Made by a program: the position numbers and the translations under genes | Assembly: GCA_016199985.1 (NCBI GenBank) | Contig: JACQFQ010000020.1 | Span: 84,978 to 148,977 of the forward strand | Source of the DNA: Verrucomicrobiota bacterium | GTDB taxonomy: Bacteria > Verrucomicrobiota > Verrucomicrobiia > Limisphaerales > UBA11320 | DNA: 64,000 bases | Direction of reading: 5' to 3' | The notes under the pieces: model-generated | Databases searched by the model: none | The model's input: only the letters and a program-made list of their open reading frames with translations | What the model was told of the DNA's origin: nothing | In this document: piece after piece, positions 38,593 through 48,625 of the stretch | How positions within the stretch are numbered: position 1 is the first letter of the stretch | Layout of the letters: each line of letters begins with the position of its first letter

Positions 38593-40101
38593 TCAGCGCT
38601 TCAAAAACATGAAGCGCCACCACCTCGTGCCGATCTCGCGCGCGCCCAGCGCCGGCCAGAACCAGAAATTAAACGCCAACCCCGCGCAGAGAGGCGTCAG
38701 CGCCAACACGAGGAGTCCGCGCGAAACAGTCTCGGGCCCCAGCGGAGCCCCGTCCCCTCCGCGGGTCGCGGGGCCCGCAACGGACCGGAGCAAAGCCACC
38801 ACCGTCGTGACCGTGATCATGTTCGTGATGAAGGTGGGCCACAGCGATGGGATCCTGTTCCGCATCAGCGAGAGCAACGTCGTCCAAAAAGCGAATTGCG
38901 TTTCGAGAAGCGAGTAGCCCAGCAATGCGAGAAACATCGGAGCGGGGAGCAGCTGGTGGCTCGATCCGATCCATCGGAGCGCGATCGGGCCAATGGGGAT
39001 CGCGAGCCCGGCAAGAACGAGAAAGGTCAGTGTCTGCAGCCAGAGCCTCGGCCAGAGCGCGACGCGAAGCTGGTGGAGATCCCGCTGTTTGCACACCTGC
39101 CCCACCCAGGGCCATTTCACCGCGGTCCAAACCAGCGACATGCTCGAGATCAGCCCCACGACCTGCGCGGTGAGGCCGAATCGGCCGTTGGCTTCGAGCC
39201 CGAGGAATCGCAGACAAAGCAGCGTGTTGGCCTTGGTGGCCAGGTAGACGCTGAAGAACTGAAGGCCGGTCCGCCAGCTGTTCGGCCAGAGAATCGGAAT
39301 CAAGGACGCCGCGGGCACGTCATCGGGACGCTTGCCCAAGTGGCGGAGGCAGCGTCGCCGGGAGAGGCCGCGATGAACGCAGCTCGAGACCAAGCCCGCC
39401 AAGGGCATCGCCAGAAGCCCCGCGCCGGCGACAAGAAGGGACGCCGCCAGGAGAAGCCGGAGCGCGTAGGCCAGCGCCGCGATGCGCGCGCTCGAGAGCA
39501 CCTCGTTCATCGAACGGAGATACATGTTCCACCATCCCGCGTAGATTTCGAGGACGCCCGACGCGAGCACCAATCCCCAGGCGATCCAGGTGAGTCGCGG
39601 GTTTGAGGTTTCGTCGACGCGAAAGGCCACGGTGATGCTCCCCAGCGCGGCCAGCGCCAGGGCCGCCGCGGCGGAGAGATAAAGAAACAACCGCTGGGTG
39701 GAGCGGAGCAGCTGCCAGAGCAGCCGCGAATTGGGCTCTTGCGAGCGCGGCGAGTCGCCAAGGCCCTCGGCGCGGAGCTCGTGGGCGCCGGCCAGGGCGT
39801 AGGCGACGTTGCGACCGATCGATGTGGAGAATCCGAAGTCGAACAGGATCGCCAGCGCCGCCAGATCCGCAAACGCCCAATACATCCCCAGATCCTTTCC
39901 GCTCAGCACCGACGGCCGGAGGACAAGCGGCATCAGCACCAGAGCCGAGGCCAGGCGCAGGAACTGAAAGCCCCAGGACCACACCACCGGGGAAGCATAG
40001 AGTCTTTGAGCAGCGGCGATCAGGGGCATGCCAGTCATCCGTATCCAATCATCGAAAACGGCGGACACTGCTTGAGCGGAGGTCGCGAGGTCAACGGCCA
40101 T
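38593..40101 (-). CDS. Polytopic membrane protein, probable polysaccharide/O-antigen flippase (MOP/Wzx-like)
   Basis: About 12-14 predicted helices. The N-terminal pattern LRLASALVLMPLVLRPSVLSGKDLGMYWAFADLAALAILFDFGFSTSIGRNVA is Wzx-like. It is divergent from a methyltransferase-glycosyltransferase pair. The start is uncertain. Confidence 0.5.
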   Translation of the reverse strand: MAVDLATSAQAVSAVFDDWIRMTGMPLIAAAQRLYASPVVWSWGFQFLRLASALVLMPLVLRPSVLSGKDLGMYWAFADLAALAILFDFGFSTSIGRNVAYALAGAHELRAEGLGDSPRSQEPNSRLLWQLLRSTQRLFLYLSAAAALALAALGSITVAFRVDETSNPRLTWIAWGLVLASGVLEIYAGWWNMYLRSMNEVLSSARIAALAYALRLLLAASLLVAGAGLLAMPLAGLVSSCVHRGLSRRRCLRHLGKRPDDVPAASLIPILWPNSWRTGLQFFSVYLATKANTLLCLRFLGLEANGRFGLTAQVVGLISSMSLVWTAVKWPWVGQVCKQRDLHQLRVALWPRLWLQTLTFLVLAGLAIPIGPIALRWIGSSHQLLPAPMFLALLGYSLLETQFAFWTTLLSLMRNRIPSLWPTFITNMITVTTVVALLRSVAGPATRGGDGAPLGPETVSRGLLVLALTPLCAGLAFNFWFWPALGAREIGTRWWRFMFLKR

Positions 40102-40211
40102 CCCGACGACGGCGCAAAAATGAACAATTGAACCCGGCCTGGATTGCGCCGATATTTTCGACGGCCGCCGCCATTGAACGTCGGCGCCCGTTTAAGGTCT
40201 CTGCGCATTGC

Positions 40212-40955
40212 ATGTCCGTCTCGATCGCCAACTCGACCGAAGCCCCGGGGTTCGCCCAAACGGGCGCTCCCGCCCATGTGCCGTACCAGCTGGATCCGAA
40301 CAATCGCTTCCACTGGTATGAGAACCATTGGAAGCGGGTTGCGCTCAATCTTCTTCTGAAGCATTGCGCTCCGGCGGGCAAAACAGTGCTCGACTATGGA
40401 TGTGGACGCGGCGAGACGCTCGACATCTTCGGCGGCGCGGGCTTCCGCGTCACGGGCACCGACACCGATGAGCAATGCGTGCGGCTCGCGGAGCGCTACG
40501 GAAAATCGCTGCGGCTGAAACCGGAGGCGGCGGTGGAGCAATTCGGCAGAAAGAGCTTCGACGTCGTCACCTGCTTTCACGTGCTCGAGCATGTGCCCAG
40601 CCCCATAAAAACCCTCGGCGACATCTCCGCGATCGCGCGGGACTACGCCGTGCTAGCCGTCCCCAATCTCCGCCAGCTTCGCTGGATGGGCGTGCGAAAC
40701 ATCAGCCTCGACCTCGTCAACGAGGGACACCTTCAAGCCTGGGATCACTGGCATTTTCTCAACCTGGCGGAGCGTTACTGCGGGTTGGACCTGGTGGAAT
40801 GGGGATTTGACGCGACAATTTTCCCCTGGCTCAGCGAATGGGCCGCGCGATTCCTTGGCAACGACGCCGCCATCCGGCTGGAGACCGGGCTCTTCAAGCG
40901 AATGTTCCCCTATCACGGCATCTCGGTGTTGGGATTGTTCCGCGTCCGGAAATGA
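40212..40955 (+). CDS. Class I SAM-dependent methyltransferase
   Basis: Start at ATG 40212 (MSVSIANS). Motif I VLDYGCGRGE, then FDVVTCFHVLEHV. The stop overlaps the next start (ATGA at 40952-40955). Confidence 0.8.
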   Translation: MSVSIANSTEAPGFAQTGAPAHVPYQLDPNNRFHWYENHWKRVALNLLLKHCAPAGKTVLDYGCGRGETLDIFGGAGFRVTGTDTDEQCVRLAERYGKSLRLKPEAAVEQFGRKSFDVVTCFHVLEHVPSPIKTLGDISAIARDYAVLAVPNLRQLRWMGVRNISLDLVNEGHLQAWDHWHFLNLAERYCGLDLVEWGFDATIFPWLSEWAARFLGNDAAIRLETGLFKRMFPYHGISVLGLFRVRK

Positions 40956-42130
40956 GCGCGCCACTAACGGTCGCCTGGATCACCTACTTCCCCATCGAGT
41001 GGCTGGACCGCCTGCCGCCCGAGCTGGCGTCCCTGCCCAAAATGCACCCCGCCACATGGCAAAGGGTGCTGCTCGCCGAGCTCCAAAAGGAGCCCGATCT
41101 CCGCGTGCATGTCATCGCGCTCCGAAAGCAGTTTCCACGAAGCATGAGCTTCGAATCGGGCAATACGACTTTTCACTGCGTTCGCGTGCCCGGCGGGCTG
41201 CGGGCGCCTTCGTTTTTCTGGACCGACACGCGCAGCGTGGCCCGCGTGCTGAAATCGGTTCAGCCCGATTTGGTTCATGCCTGGGGAACCGAGAACGCCG
41301 CGGGCTTGGTGGCCAGCCGGCTCCCCTATCCGTATCTGCTCACAATGCAAGGCATCATGAGCTGGATGATCGAGCTGGGGTTGGCGAATCTCTATCAGCG
41401 ATTCGTCGCCCGGCTCGAGAAGACCACGCTGCGCCGCGCGCGCCATGTGACCGTCGAGTCGCGGTTTGCGGTGGACTATCTCGCCGCGCGCTACGCGGGG
41501 CTCCATCCCCGCCAGATTGAGCACGCGCCCGACTGGGGCTTTCACCGCGCGCCGCGACAACCGCGGTTGGATCCGCCGCGAATCATCTGCATCGGAACCC
41601 TGAGCCAAGCGAAGGGAACGGATGTGCTTCTCCAGGCGCTCGACTCGCTCAGACACGAGCAGCGATTCGAAGTGGTCCTGGTGGGAGGAGCGTCCGCGGA
41701 GACGCTGGCCCAGTATCGGGCGTCGGTGTCGCCGGAGCTGTGGTCTCGGATCGCGTTCAAAAACCATCTGACATCGGCCCAGGTCGCGGAGGAGCTCTCG
41801 TCCGCGGCGCTCATGGTGTATCCCACCCGCGCGGACAACAGCCCGAACGCCGTGAAGGAGGCTGTGGCCGCCGGCGTGCCTGTGGTCGCAAGCGCGATTG
41901 GCGGCATCGTCGACTACGTGATCCCCGGCGAGAACGGATTCCTGTTTCCCGCGGGCAACGTCGAAGGCTGTCGTGGAGCGATCCGCTCAGCGCTTGGGCA
42001 TGAAACCCTGGGGAAGGGGCATGTGCCCTCCGATGCCCTCGGGCGCCTGAGAGATTACCTGTCGCCCGCGACGATGTGCCGCAAATTCCTGGAAGCGTAT
42101 CGTATCGCCGCGTCGGCCCCGCATCGCTGA
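40952..42130 (+). CDS. Glycosyltransferase family 4 (GT-B, GT1-type)
   Basis: Start at ATG 40952 (MSAPLTVAWI). C-terminal GT1 domain IICIGTLSQAKGTDVLLQAL...LVGGAS...MVYPTRADNSPNAVKEAVAAGVPVVASAIGGIVDYV (EX7E-like region). Confidence 0.82.
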   Translation: MSAPLTVAWITYFPIEWLDRLPPELASLPKMHPATWQRVLLAELQKEPDLRVHVIALRKQFPRSMSFESGNTTFHCVRVPGGLRAPSFFWTDTRSVARVLKSVQPDLVHAWGTENAAGLVASRLPYPYLLTMQGIMSWMIELGLANLYQRFVARLEKTTLRRARHVTVESRFAVDYLAARYAGLHPRQIEHAPDWGFHRAPRQPRLDPPRIICIGTLSQAKGTDVLLQALDSLRHEQRFEVVLVGGASAETLAQYRASVSPELWSRIAFKNHLTSAQVAEELSSAALMVYPTRADNSPNAVKEAVAAGVPVVASAIGGIVDYVIPGENGFLFPAGNVEGCRGAIRSALGHETLGKGHVPSDALGRLRDYLSPATMCRKFLEAYRIAASAPHR

Positions 42131-42419
42131 TCCCATCGATCTGGGAAGGATCCGACCGATGAGGGAGAGGTCGCAGCTCGCCGCGCCAAGACAGGACCGG
42201 GGAGGAAGCCCGCTAAAGACGCCAAACACGCGAAACCCCGCCCTGTCGAACGGAGAAGCCATGGAGAGAAGCGTGGCAGGAGGTTTCTTGCCGTGTGTTC
42301 AGAAGCGTCTGCGCGTTTTGAAGGAATCGTTCGCAATGATAACTCCAGTCGTTTGTGAGACGCCATGCCAGGCGATCTGACTCGAGTTTTCGTTTGCACA
42401 CGAACAGGGTCGGTACAGG

Positions 42420-43715
42420 ATGTCGGCCATGAACACCTCTGCTCCTCTTTCGCGTCGTCGTTTCATCCAAACCTCATCGGCCGCGGCCGGGGCCATCGGC
42501 TTGTCCGCGCTCCAGCAGACGAGAGCCGCCGGCGCGAACGACCGCATCCGGATCGGGGTGATCGGCGTGGGCGGGATGGGGACAGGGCATGTCCACAGCC
42601 TCGTCGGCAAATCGGCGAAGGAGAACATTGAGGTGGTGGCCGTCAGCGATGTGTATCAGCGCCGCGTGAACCGCGCCCGGGAAGTCTGCAAGGGCGAGGG
42701 ATATCTCGACTACCGACGCCTGCTCGACCGGAAGGACATCGACGCCGTGCTGATCGCCACCCCGGACCACTGGCACGGGAAGATCAGCATCGAGACGATG
42801 GAGTCCGGCAAGCATGTCTATTGCGAAAAGCCGATGACCCACACCGTCGAGCAGGCGATCCAGGTCCGCAACGCCGTGCGCCGCCTGGGCAAGGTGTTCC
42901 AGGTCGGTCCAAACGGAACGGCCAACGACGGATACTGGAAGGCGCGCGACGCCATCGCGGCGGGCCGGATCGGGAAGGTGACCTGGGCGCACGGCAGCTA
43001 CAATCGGAACGCGCGAACCTGTCTCTTCAACGAGCACCAGAAGATCGATCCGACCGCCGGCCCCGACAAGACGGGCGATGATCACATCGACTGGAACATG
43101 TGGCTCGGTCACGAGTGGGGACTCGCGCCGAAGATCGCGTGGAACCCTGAGCACTTCTTCCGATTCCGCAAATACTGGCCCTACAACGGAGGCGTCGCCA
43201 CCGACCTCCTCTATCACAAGCTCGCGCCCCTGCTCATCGCCATCCGCGGCGCCAACGGCGAGTACCCGATTCGCGTGAACGCGAACGGCGGCCTCTACGT
43301 TGAGAAGGATGGGCGCGACATCCCCGACACCTTCATGCTCACCGCCGACTATCCGTCGGAATGGTCGTTGTTCCTTGTCAGCACGCTCACCAACGACGCG
43401 GGGATTCCCGACAGGATTTACGGCAAGCACGGAACCATGGAGCTGGGAGGCGAGCCTTCGCTGCGCTGGAACGGCGATTTCAAGGAAGAGTTCAAGGCGA
43501 AGAACGACGGCAAGGAGGAGGCGAAAGTGCCGCTGGAAAGCCGCCGCGACCTGGAGGGAAACTGGATCGACGCCATGCGAGGCCTCGCGTCCGTGCACTG
43601 CAATGCGGAGCTGGGCTGCGCCACAATGGTCGCCATCAAGATGGCGGTGGAAAGCTACCGCCAGCGCAGAACGCTCCTATGGAATCCCAAAACCGAGAAA
43701 GTGAGCCACAGCTGA
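42420..43715 (+). CDS. Exported Gfo/Idh/MocA-family oxidoreductase (Tat signal)
   Basis: LSRRRFIQTSSAAAGAIGLSAL Tat signal, IRIGVIGVGGMGTGH Rossmann start, ATPDHWH and VYCEKPM. Confidence 0.85.
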   Translation: MSAMNTSAPLSRRRFIQTSSAAAGAIGLSALQQTRAAGANDRIRIGVIGVGGMGTGHVHSLVGKSAKENIEVVAVSDVYQRRVNRAREVCKGEGYLDYRRLLDRKDIDAVLIATPDHWHGKISIETMESGKHVYCEKPMTHTVEQAIQVRNAVRRLGKVFQVGPNGTANDGYWKARDAIAAGRIGKVTWAHGSYNRNARTCLFNEHQKIDPTAGPDKTGDDHIDWNMWLGHEWGLAPKIAWNPEHFFRFRKYWPYNGGVATDLLYHKLAPLLIAIRGANGEYPIRVNANGGLYVEKDGRDIPDTFMLTADYPSEWSLFLVSTLTNDAGIPDRIYGKHGTMELGGEPSLRWNGDFKEEFKAKNDGKEEAKVPLESRRDLEGNWIDAMRGLASVHCNAELGCATMVAIKMAVESYRQRRTLLWNPKTEKVSHS

Positions 43716-43757
43716 TACTCCCCCCTGAAAACACCGCCGCCTATCCCTTCATCACCC

Positions 43758-45149
43758 ATGACCCCTCCTACCGCTTCCCGGCTCTCAACAACTCGGATCC
43801 TGATCTACGTCTTCATCCTCTCGCGGGCGGCAGCGCTGCCCGCGGCGGACTGGACGCCGCTCTTCAACGGCTCGACGCTCGGAGGTTGGCACGCCAGCGC
43901 CAAGACCGGACATAGCCGCGCGAGCAACAATCAATCCGGCGGCAGGTGGGTTGTGGAGGATGGGGGGATCGTAGGATCGCAGGACATCCCCGGGAATGGC
44001 GGGATTCTCCTGACGGACGAGAGCTACGGGGACTTCGAGGTCGCGCTGGAGATGAAGAACGACTTTGGTCCGGACAGCGGACTTTTTTTGCGGAGCACGG
44101 AGGATGGGACAGCGTTCCAGGCCATGATCGACTACCATGCCGGAGGCAACCTCATGGGCATATACGGAGAAGGAGCGCTCGGGGCCAGGCCGCACGTCCG
44201 AAACTTTGTCTTCCTGGACAGTGTCACAACGATCCGCGAAGAGACCGGTCCCTCGAAGCCCTCGCTCCCTGTCCTGCCCGAGGCCTGGCCTCAGTTCTGG
44301 CGGCATGGAAACTGGAATGAACTGAGGGCGCGGATCGTGGGGAATCCGCCCAGGATCACCACGTGGATCAATGGCGTCCAGTTCAGCGACTGGCAGGAAA
44401 CGGAGAAGCGGCATCCGGACACCGGGCACATCGGGCTTCAGGTGCATGGAGGCGGCGATCTCACGCGACAGTTCGTTCGCTACCGGAACATCCGCGTCCA
44501 AAAGTTGCAGGCGTCGGTGGATAACGCCCTCACCGAAGCCGAGCGGCGGGAAGGATGGCAGTTGCTCTTCGACGGACGCTCCCTGAACGGCTGGATGAAC
44601 AGCGATCGAACCGCTCCGCGCACTCCGGTCGAGGAATCCGCTCTCAACCCGCACCGCGCGGGGCACTACATGCTCATTCATACCCAGGAGTGGGCGAACT
44701 TCGTGTGGAAGGTCGACTTCAAGCTGAGCCCGCGCTGCAATAGCGGCCTTTTCGTGCGAACGAGCCCGCTGACGCCGCGGCCCGGCAAGGACGTTGGATA
44801 CAACGGCCTCGAGATCGCGCTCGACGACACCTTCACGGCCGGCTTCCACGACACCGGCGCGCTCTACGATTTATCGAAACCCACGCGAAACGCCATGCGG
44901 CCCATCGGCGAGTGGAACCATATTGAAATCACTTGCCACGGCCCGCGCATTCAGGTGGCGCTGAACGGCGAGGCGGTGAACGACATTGATCTTTCACGAT
45001 TCGTGGAAGCGTATCGGAGGCCCGACGGTTCCCAGCACAAGTTCGACATCGCGTTCCGCGACCATCCGCGCCAAGGATTCATTGGGCTTCAGGATCATGG
45101 ATCCCCGTGCTGGTTCAAAAATATCAAGCTGAAGCCGCTGTCGGATTGA
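43758..45149 (+). CDS. Secreted protein with two DUF1080 (3-keto-disaccharide hydrolase-like, LamG-fold) domains
   Basis: Signal peptide. Domain 1: DWTPLFNGSTLGGWH...GGILLTDESYGDFEVALEMK...SGLFLRS...GHIGLQVHGG...VRYRNIRVQKL. Domain 2: EGWQLLFDGRSLNGWM...FVWKVDFKLSPRCNSGLFVR...GFIGLQDHGSPCWFKNIKLKPL. Confidence 0.85.
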   Translation: MTPPTASRLSTTRILIYVFILSRAAALPAADWTPLFNGSTLGGWHASAKTGHSRASNNQSGGRWVVEDGGIVGSQDIPGNGGILLTDESYGDFEVALEMKNDFGPDSGLFLRSTEDGTAFQAMIDYHAGGNLMGIYGEGALGARPHVRNFVFLDSVTTIREETGPSKPSLPVLPEAWPQFWRHGNWNELRARIVGNPPRITTWINGVQFSDWQETEKRHPDTGHIGLQVHGGGDLTRQFVRYRNIRVQKLQASVDNALTEAERREGWQLLFDGRSLNGWMNSDRTAPRTPVEESALNPHRAGHYMLIHTQEWANFVWKVDFKLSPRCNSGLFVRTSPLTPRPGKDVGYNGLEIALDDTFTAGFHDTGALYDLSKPTRNAMRPIGEWNHIEITCHGPRIQVALNGEAVNDIDLSRFVEAYRRPDGSQHKFDIAFRDHPRQGFIGLQDHGSPCWFKNIKLKPLSD

Positions 45150-45172
45150 GGTTGTGGGTTCGCTGGTGTAGC

Positions 45173-45215
45173 GCAGAGTGCCTACTCTGCCGTATCGCAG
45201 GTTGCCCAACCTGCG
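45173..45215. repeat. Two adjacent perfect GC-rich hairpins just after the DUF1080 gene stop
   Basis: Hairpin 1 is GCAGAGT-GCCT-ACTCTGC (45173-45190). Hairpin 2 is CGCAGGTT-GCCC-AACCTGCG (45196-45215). Both have 4-nt GCCY loops and no U-tract. They could be a terminator or a REP-like element. Confidence 0.4.
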
Positions 45216-45269
45216 GCGCGGTCAGCCTAGCCAACCCACGTCCCATCCGATCGCAGCGCGAGTCCGTTT

Positions 45270-45576
45270 TTGCACGACACTGGAAAGCTTGGCCTGCGGT
45301 GTGCCAGTCGTCGCCACAGATTTCTCCGCATGTCCAGAACTTGTTCGCGGTCACGGAGAGTTAGCGCGCGTGAAGACGCTCCTTACTATAGGCAATAACC
45401 TGATCGAGCAAGCCGTGGTAGACGTCGACGACTTATGCCTATGTTGGGAAAAGCTCCACCAAGATCAGGCTCTTCGGGCGTCCTATGCTATCGCTGGAAG
45501 AGACTTCGCTCAAACGTACTCATGGGACAAGATCAGCCAACAATGGGAAAGGCTCTGTCATGATGTCTTGATGTGA
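45270..45576 (+). pseudogene. C-terminal remnant of a GT4/GT1 glycosyltransferase gene
   Basis: The ORF 45178..45576 only becomes protein-like at ...TLESLACGVPVVATDFSACPELVRGHGELARV... (the conserved GT1 C-terminal E-x7-E region), then ...ALRASYAIAGRDFAQTYSWDKISQQWERLCHDVLM. The whole N-terminal Rossmann domain is missing, and the local GC is visibly lower. Confidence 0.55.
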
Positions 45577-45846
45577 ACCTTCGCGCCGGAGGGGGTGAAG
45601 GCCCTGCGGTAGCGAGCGCTGGCGCCTGGGTTGATGGGAATGATTTCCCGGGGGAAATGAACGACAGAAGGAAGGTGATGAGCTTTCGCATCGCGACGGT
45701 GTTGTTCACCGGAAACGCTATACAGACTGCCCCGTCTGTACAAAAAGGCGTCCACAACATTGGGATGCGCGGCATCCCCCGCGGCGCCTGTTCTAAGACT
45801 TGCAGGCCTTGGGGCAACCTTTCATTCTCCGGCGTCATTCGAATCA

Positions 45847-46623
<777 letters not shown>

Positions 46624-46661
46624 TGGCGCCCGCGCCGGCCCCGGCCCGCGCCGAAACCTGA

Positions 46662-47291
46662 TTGGATTATCCGATGATTGCGTTGCTGGATTATGGCTCG
46701 GGGAACATCCGAAGCGTCGAGAAGGCGCTTCGCATGGTCGGCGCGGAGGTCCGGCTCATCACGCGTCCCGAGGGAATGAAGGACGCGCGGGCGATCGTTC
46801 TGCCCGGAGTGGGCGCGTTCGACGATTGCCTCTCGGCGATGCGGAGGCAGGATCTCATCGCGGGAGTCGCCGGATTCATCGCGTCCGGACGCCCCTTCCT
46901 CGGCATCTGCGTCGGATATCAGGCGCTCTTCGAGCGGAGCGAAGAGTTCAACAGCTGCGCCGCGGGGCTGAAGATCTTCCCTGGAAAGGTGGTGCGGTTC
47001 GCCGACCAGGCGGGGTTGAAGGTGCCGCAGATTGGATGGAATCGCATCGACATCGTCCAGCCCCAGTGCCCGCTGTATCGGGGCATCCAGTCGGGAAGCC
47101 ATGTGTATTTTGTGCACAGCTTTTTCCCGAAGCCCGCGGATTCGTCGATCGTCGCGACCACCACGGACTACGGCGCCCCGTTCGCGTCGTCGGTGTGGAA
47201 AGACAATGTCTACGCCACGCAATTTCACCCCGAGAAGAGTCAACAGATCGGGCTGCGGCTCTTGAGAAATTTCGTCGAACTCGCCCGATAG
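46662..47291 (+). CDS. hisH: Imidazole glycerol phosphate synthase, glutamine amidotransferase subunit
   Basis: IALLDYGSGNIRSV, LPGVGAF, FLGICVGYQAL (nucleophile Cys), VPQIGWN, YFVHSF and ATQFHPEKS. No hisA/hisF is adjacent. Confidence 0.9.
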   Translation: MDYPMIALLDYGSGNIRSVEKALRMVGAEVRLITRPEGMKDARAIVLPGVGAFDDCLSAMRRQDLIAGVAGFIASGRPFLGICVGYQALFERSEEFNSCAAGLKIFPGKVVRFADQAGLKVPQIGWNRIDIVQPQCPLYRGIQSGSHVYFVHSFFPKPADSSIVATTTDYGAPFASSVWKDNVYATQFHPEKSQQIGLRLLRNFVELAR

Positions 47292-47293
47292 CC

Positions 47294-48625
47294 GTGCCCG
47301 CCGAGTTCTCCTTCGCATCGCTGCCGTCGCGCGCCCGGCGCGGAGGAAGGATCCTTGCGTGGGCCCTCGTGGTGCTCGCGGCCTACGCGTTTCGCGAGCG
47401 CCTCTCCCTCAGCTCCGCGAGCCGGGACCGGCTCCGGTTCGTGCATTCGTTCACAACCGCGTCGGAGCGGGCCATCATCGACGACGCCGTCGCGGAGTTC
47501 CAGCGGGCGCATCCGGAGCTGCCGGTGGACCAGATCGCCTTCAACAGCGAAACCTATCAAAACATCGGGTGGCGGCTGCAGTTCCAGGGCGATCGTCAAT
47601 CCGATGTGTTCTTCACGTGGCTCGGGTACAAGACGCGCCAGGCGGACCAGGAGGGCTGGTCGCTCGACATGAAGCCCTACCTATCCGCGGAAGACCTGGA
47701 CCAGTTCCTGCCCTCGACCCTCGGCCCTTCGTCGGGAGCGCTGACGTTTCTTCCCCAGTCCGTGGATCTCAGCAACCTGATCTGGGTGAACCGCGATTGT
47801 TTTCGCACGAACGGCCTGATCGAACCCCGCACGCGCCAGGAGTGGCTTGCCGTGTCGATCGAGCTTCGGAGGCGCGGTCTGCTCGCGCTGGTTCAAGGCA
47901 ACCGCGAGTTCTGGCCCATGGGCAATCTGGGCGCCGAGCTTCTGGGTCGAAGCGTCGGCGTCGAGTCGCTCCAGGATTTGTTCATGGGACGAATCCCCGC
48001 CACACCCCAGCGGCTGGAAGGACTGCGACTGTTGGTCGACTGGGCGCGGGAAGGATGCCTCGACGCCCCCGGTATTCTGTCTCCGGGCGGCATAGGAACC
48101 CTGAGCGACTTGGACGCGAAAGTGTTGTTTCTTGGGGGCAAAGCGGCGCAGCACCCCATCGGATCCTGGTTCACGGCGGACATTCGAGACGCGAAGGATC
48201 ACGGCGAGCTCCGATTCGAGCCCGGAGTGTTCTCTGTCCCGCCGAACCCCGGGGAGGCGGAGGCGCGCGTCGCCGTGATCACGGGCTATCAGGTCAATCG
48301 TCGCACCCGGCATCCTGACCTCGCTGTGGACTTCCTCCGGCGTCTGTTGTCGCGGAAATACCAGGAGCGGTTCGCGGCGCTTGGCAATCTCTCGGCGCGC
48401 AAGGACGCCGTGGCGTTCACCACCGAGCCCATCCCCCGACAACTGCTCGCGCTCCTGGCGCGGCCGGCGGCGATGATTCCGCCGCCCGACACCGGCTACT
48501 CTCCGGAACGCGCCGCGGTGTTCTATGAAATCTGCGCGAAGCTGCTTCTGGGGAAGCTCGACCTCGACGGGGCCGCGCGGATCTGGACAGAGCAACAACC
48601 CTCCCTGGCGCAAAAGGAAAAATGA
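47294..48625 (+). CDS. ABC transporter extracellular solute-binding protein (family 1, carbohydrate-type), N-terminally membrane-anchored
   Basis: The probable GTG start at 47294 lies 2 nt after the hisH stop. Hydrophobic anchor ILAWALVVLAAYAF. LRFVHSFTTASERAIIDDAVAEFQRAHPELPVDQIAF, and a later WFTAD..., give a pattern consistent with sugar SBPs. It is followed by two permease genes. The upstream part of the track ORF (46826..) is a hisH shadow. Confidence 0.6.
   Translation: MPAEFSFASLPSRARRGGRILAWALVVLAAYAFRERLSLSSASRDRLRFVHSFTTASERAIIDDAVAEFQRAHPELPVDQIAFNSETYQNIGWRLQFQGDRQSDVFFTWLGYKTRQADQEGWSLDMKPYLSAEDLDQFLPSTLGPSSGALTFLPQSVDLSNLIWVNRDCFRTNGLIEPRTRQEWLAVSIELRRRGLLALVQGNREFWPMGNLGAELLGRSVGVESLQDLFMGRIPATPQRLEGLRLLVDWAREGCLDAPGILSPGGIGTLSDLDAKVLFLGGKAAQHPIGSWFTADIRDAKDHGELRFEPGVFSVPPNPGEAEARVAVITGYQVNRRTRHPDLAVDFLRRLLSRKYQERFAALGNLSARKDAVAFTTEPIPRQLLALLARPAAMIPPPDTGYSPERAAVFYEICAKLLLGKLDLDGAARIWTEQQPSLAQKEK

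Noticed and set aside
45160-45220. tRNA-like string GGTGTAGCGCAGAGTGCC...
   Set aside because: It superficially resembles a D-arm. However, the sequence folds into two simple hairpins, with no acceptor stem, anticodon arm or T-loop (GTTCRANYC).
46662-47291. hisH as a polysaccharide-pathway amidotransferase paralogue or as a functional member of the downstream GH84 operon
   Set aside because: The sequence looks like canonical HisH, with all catalytic motifs and typical length. Its adjacency (2 nt) to the SBP gene may simply reflect compact gene packing. No hisF-like partner is present to support a specialised pair.
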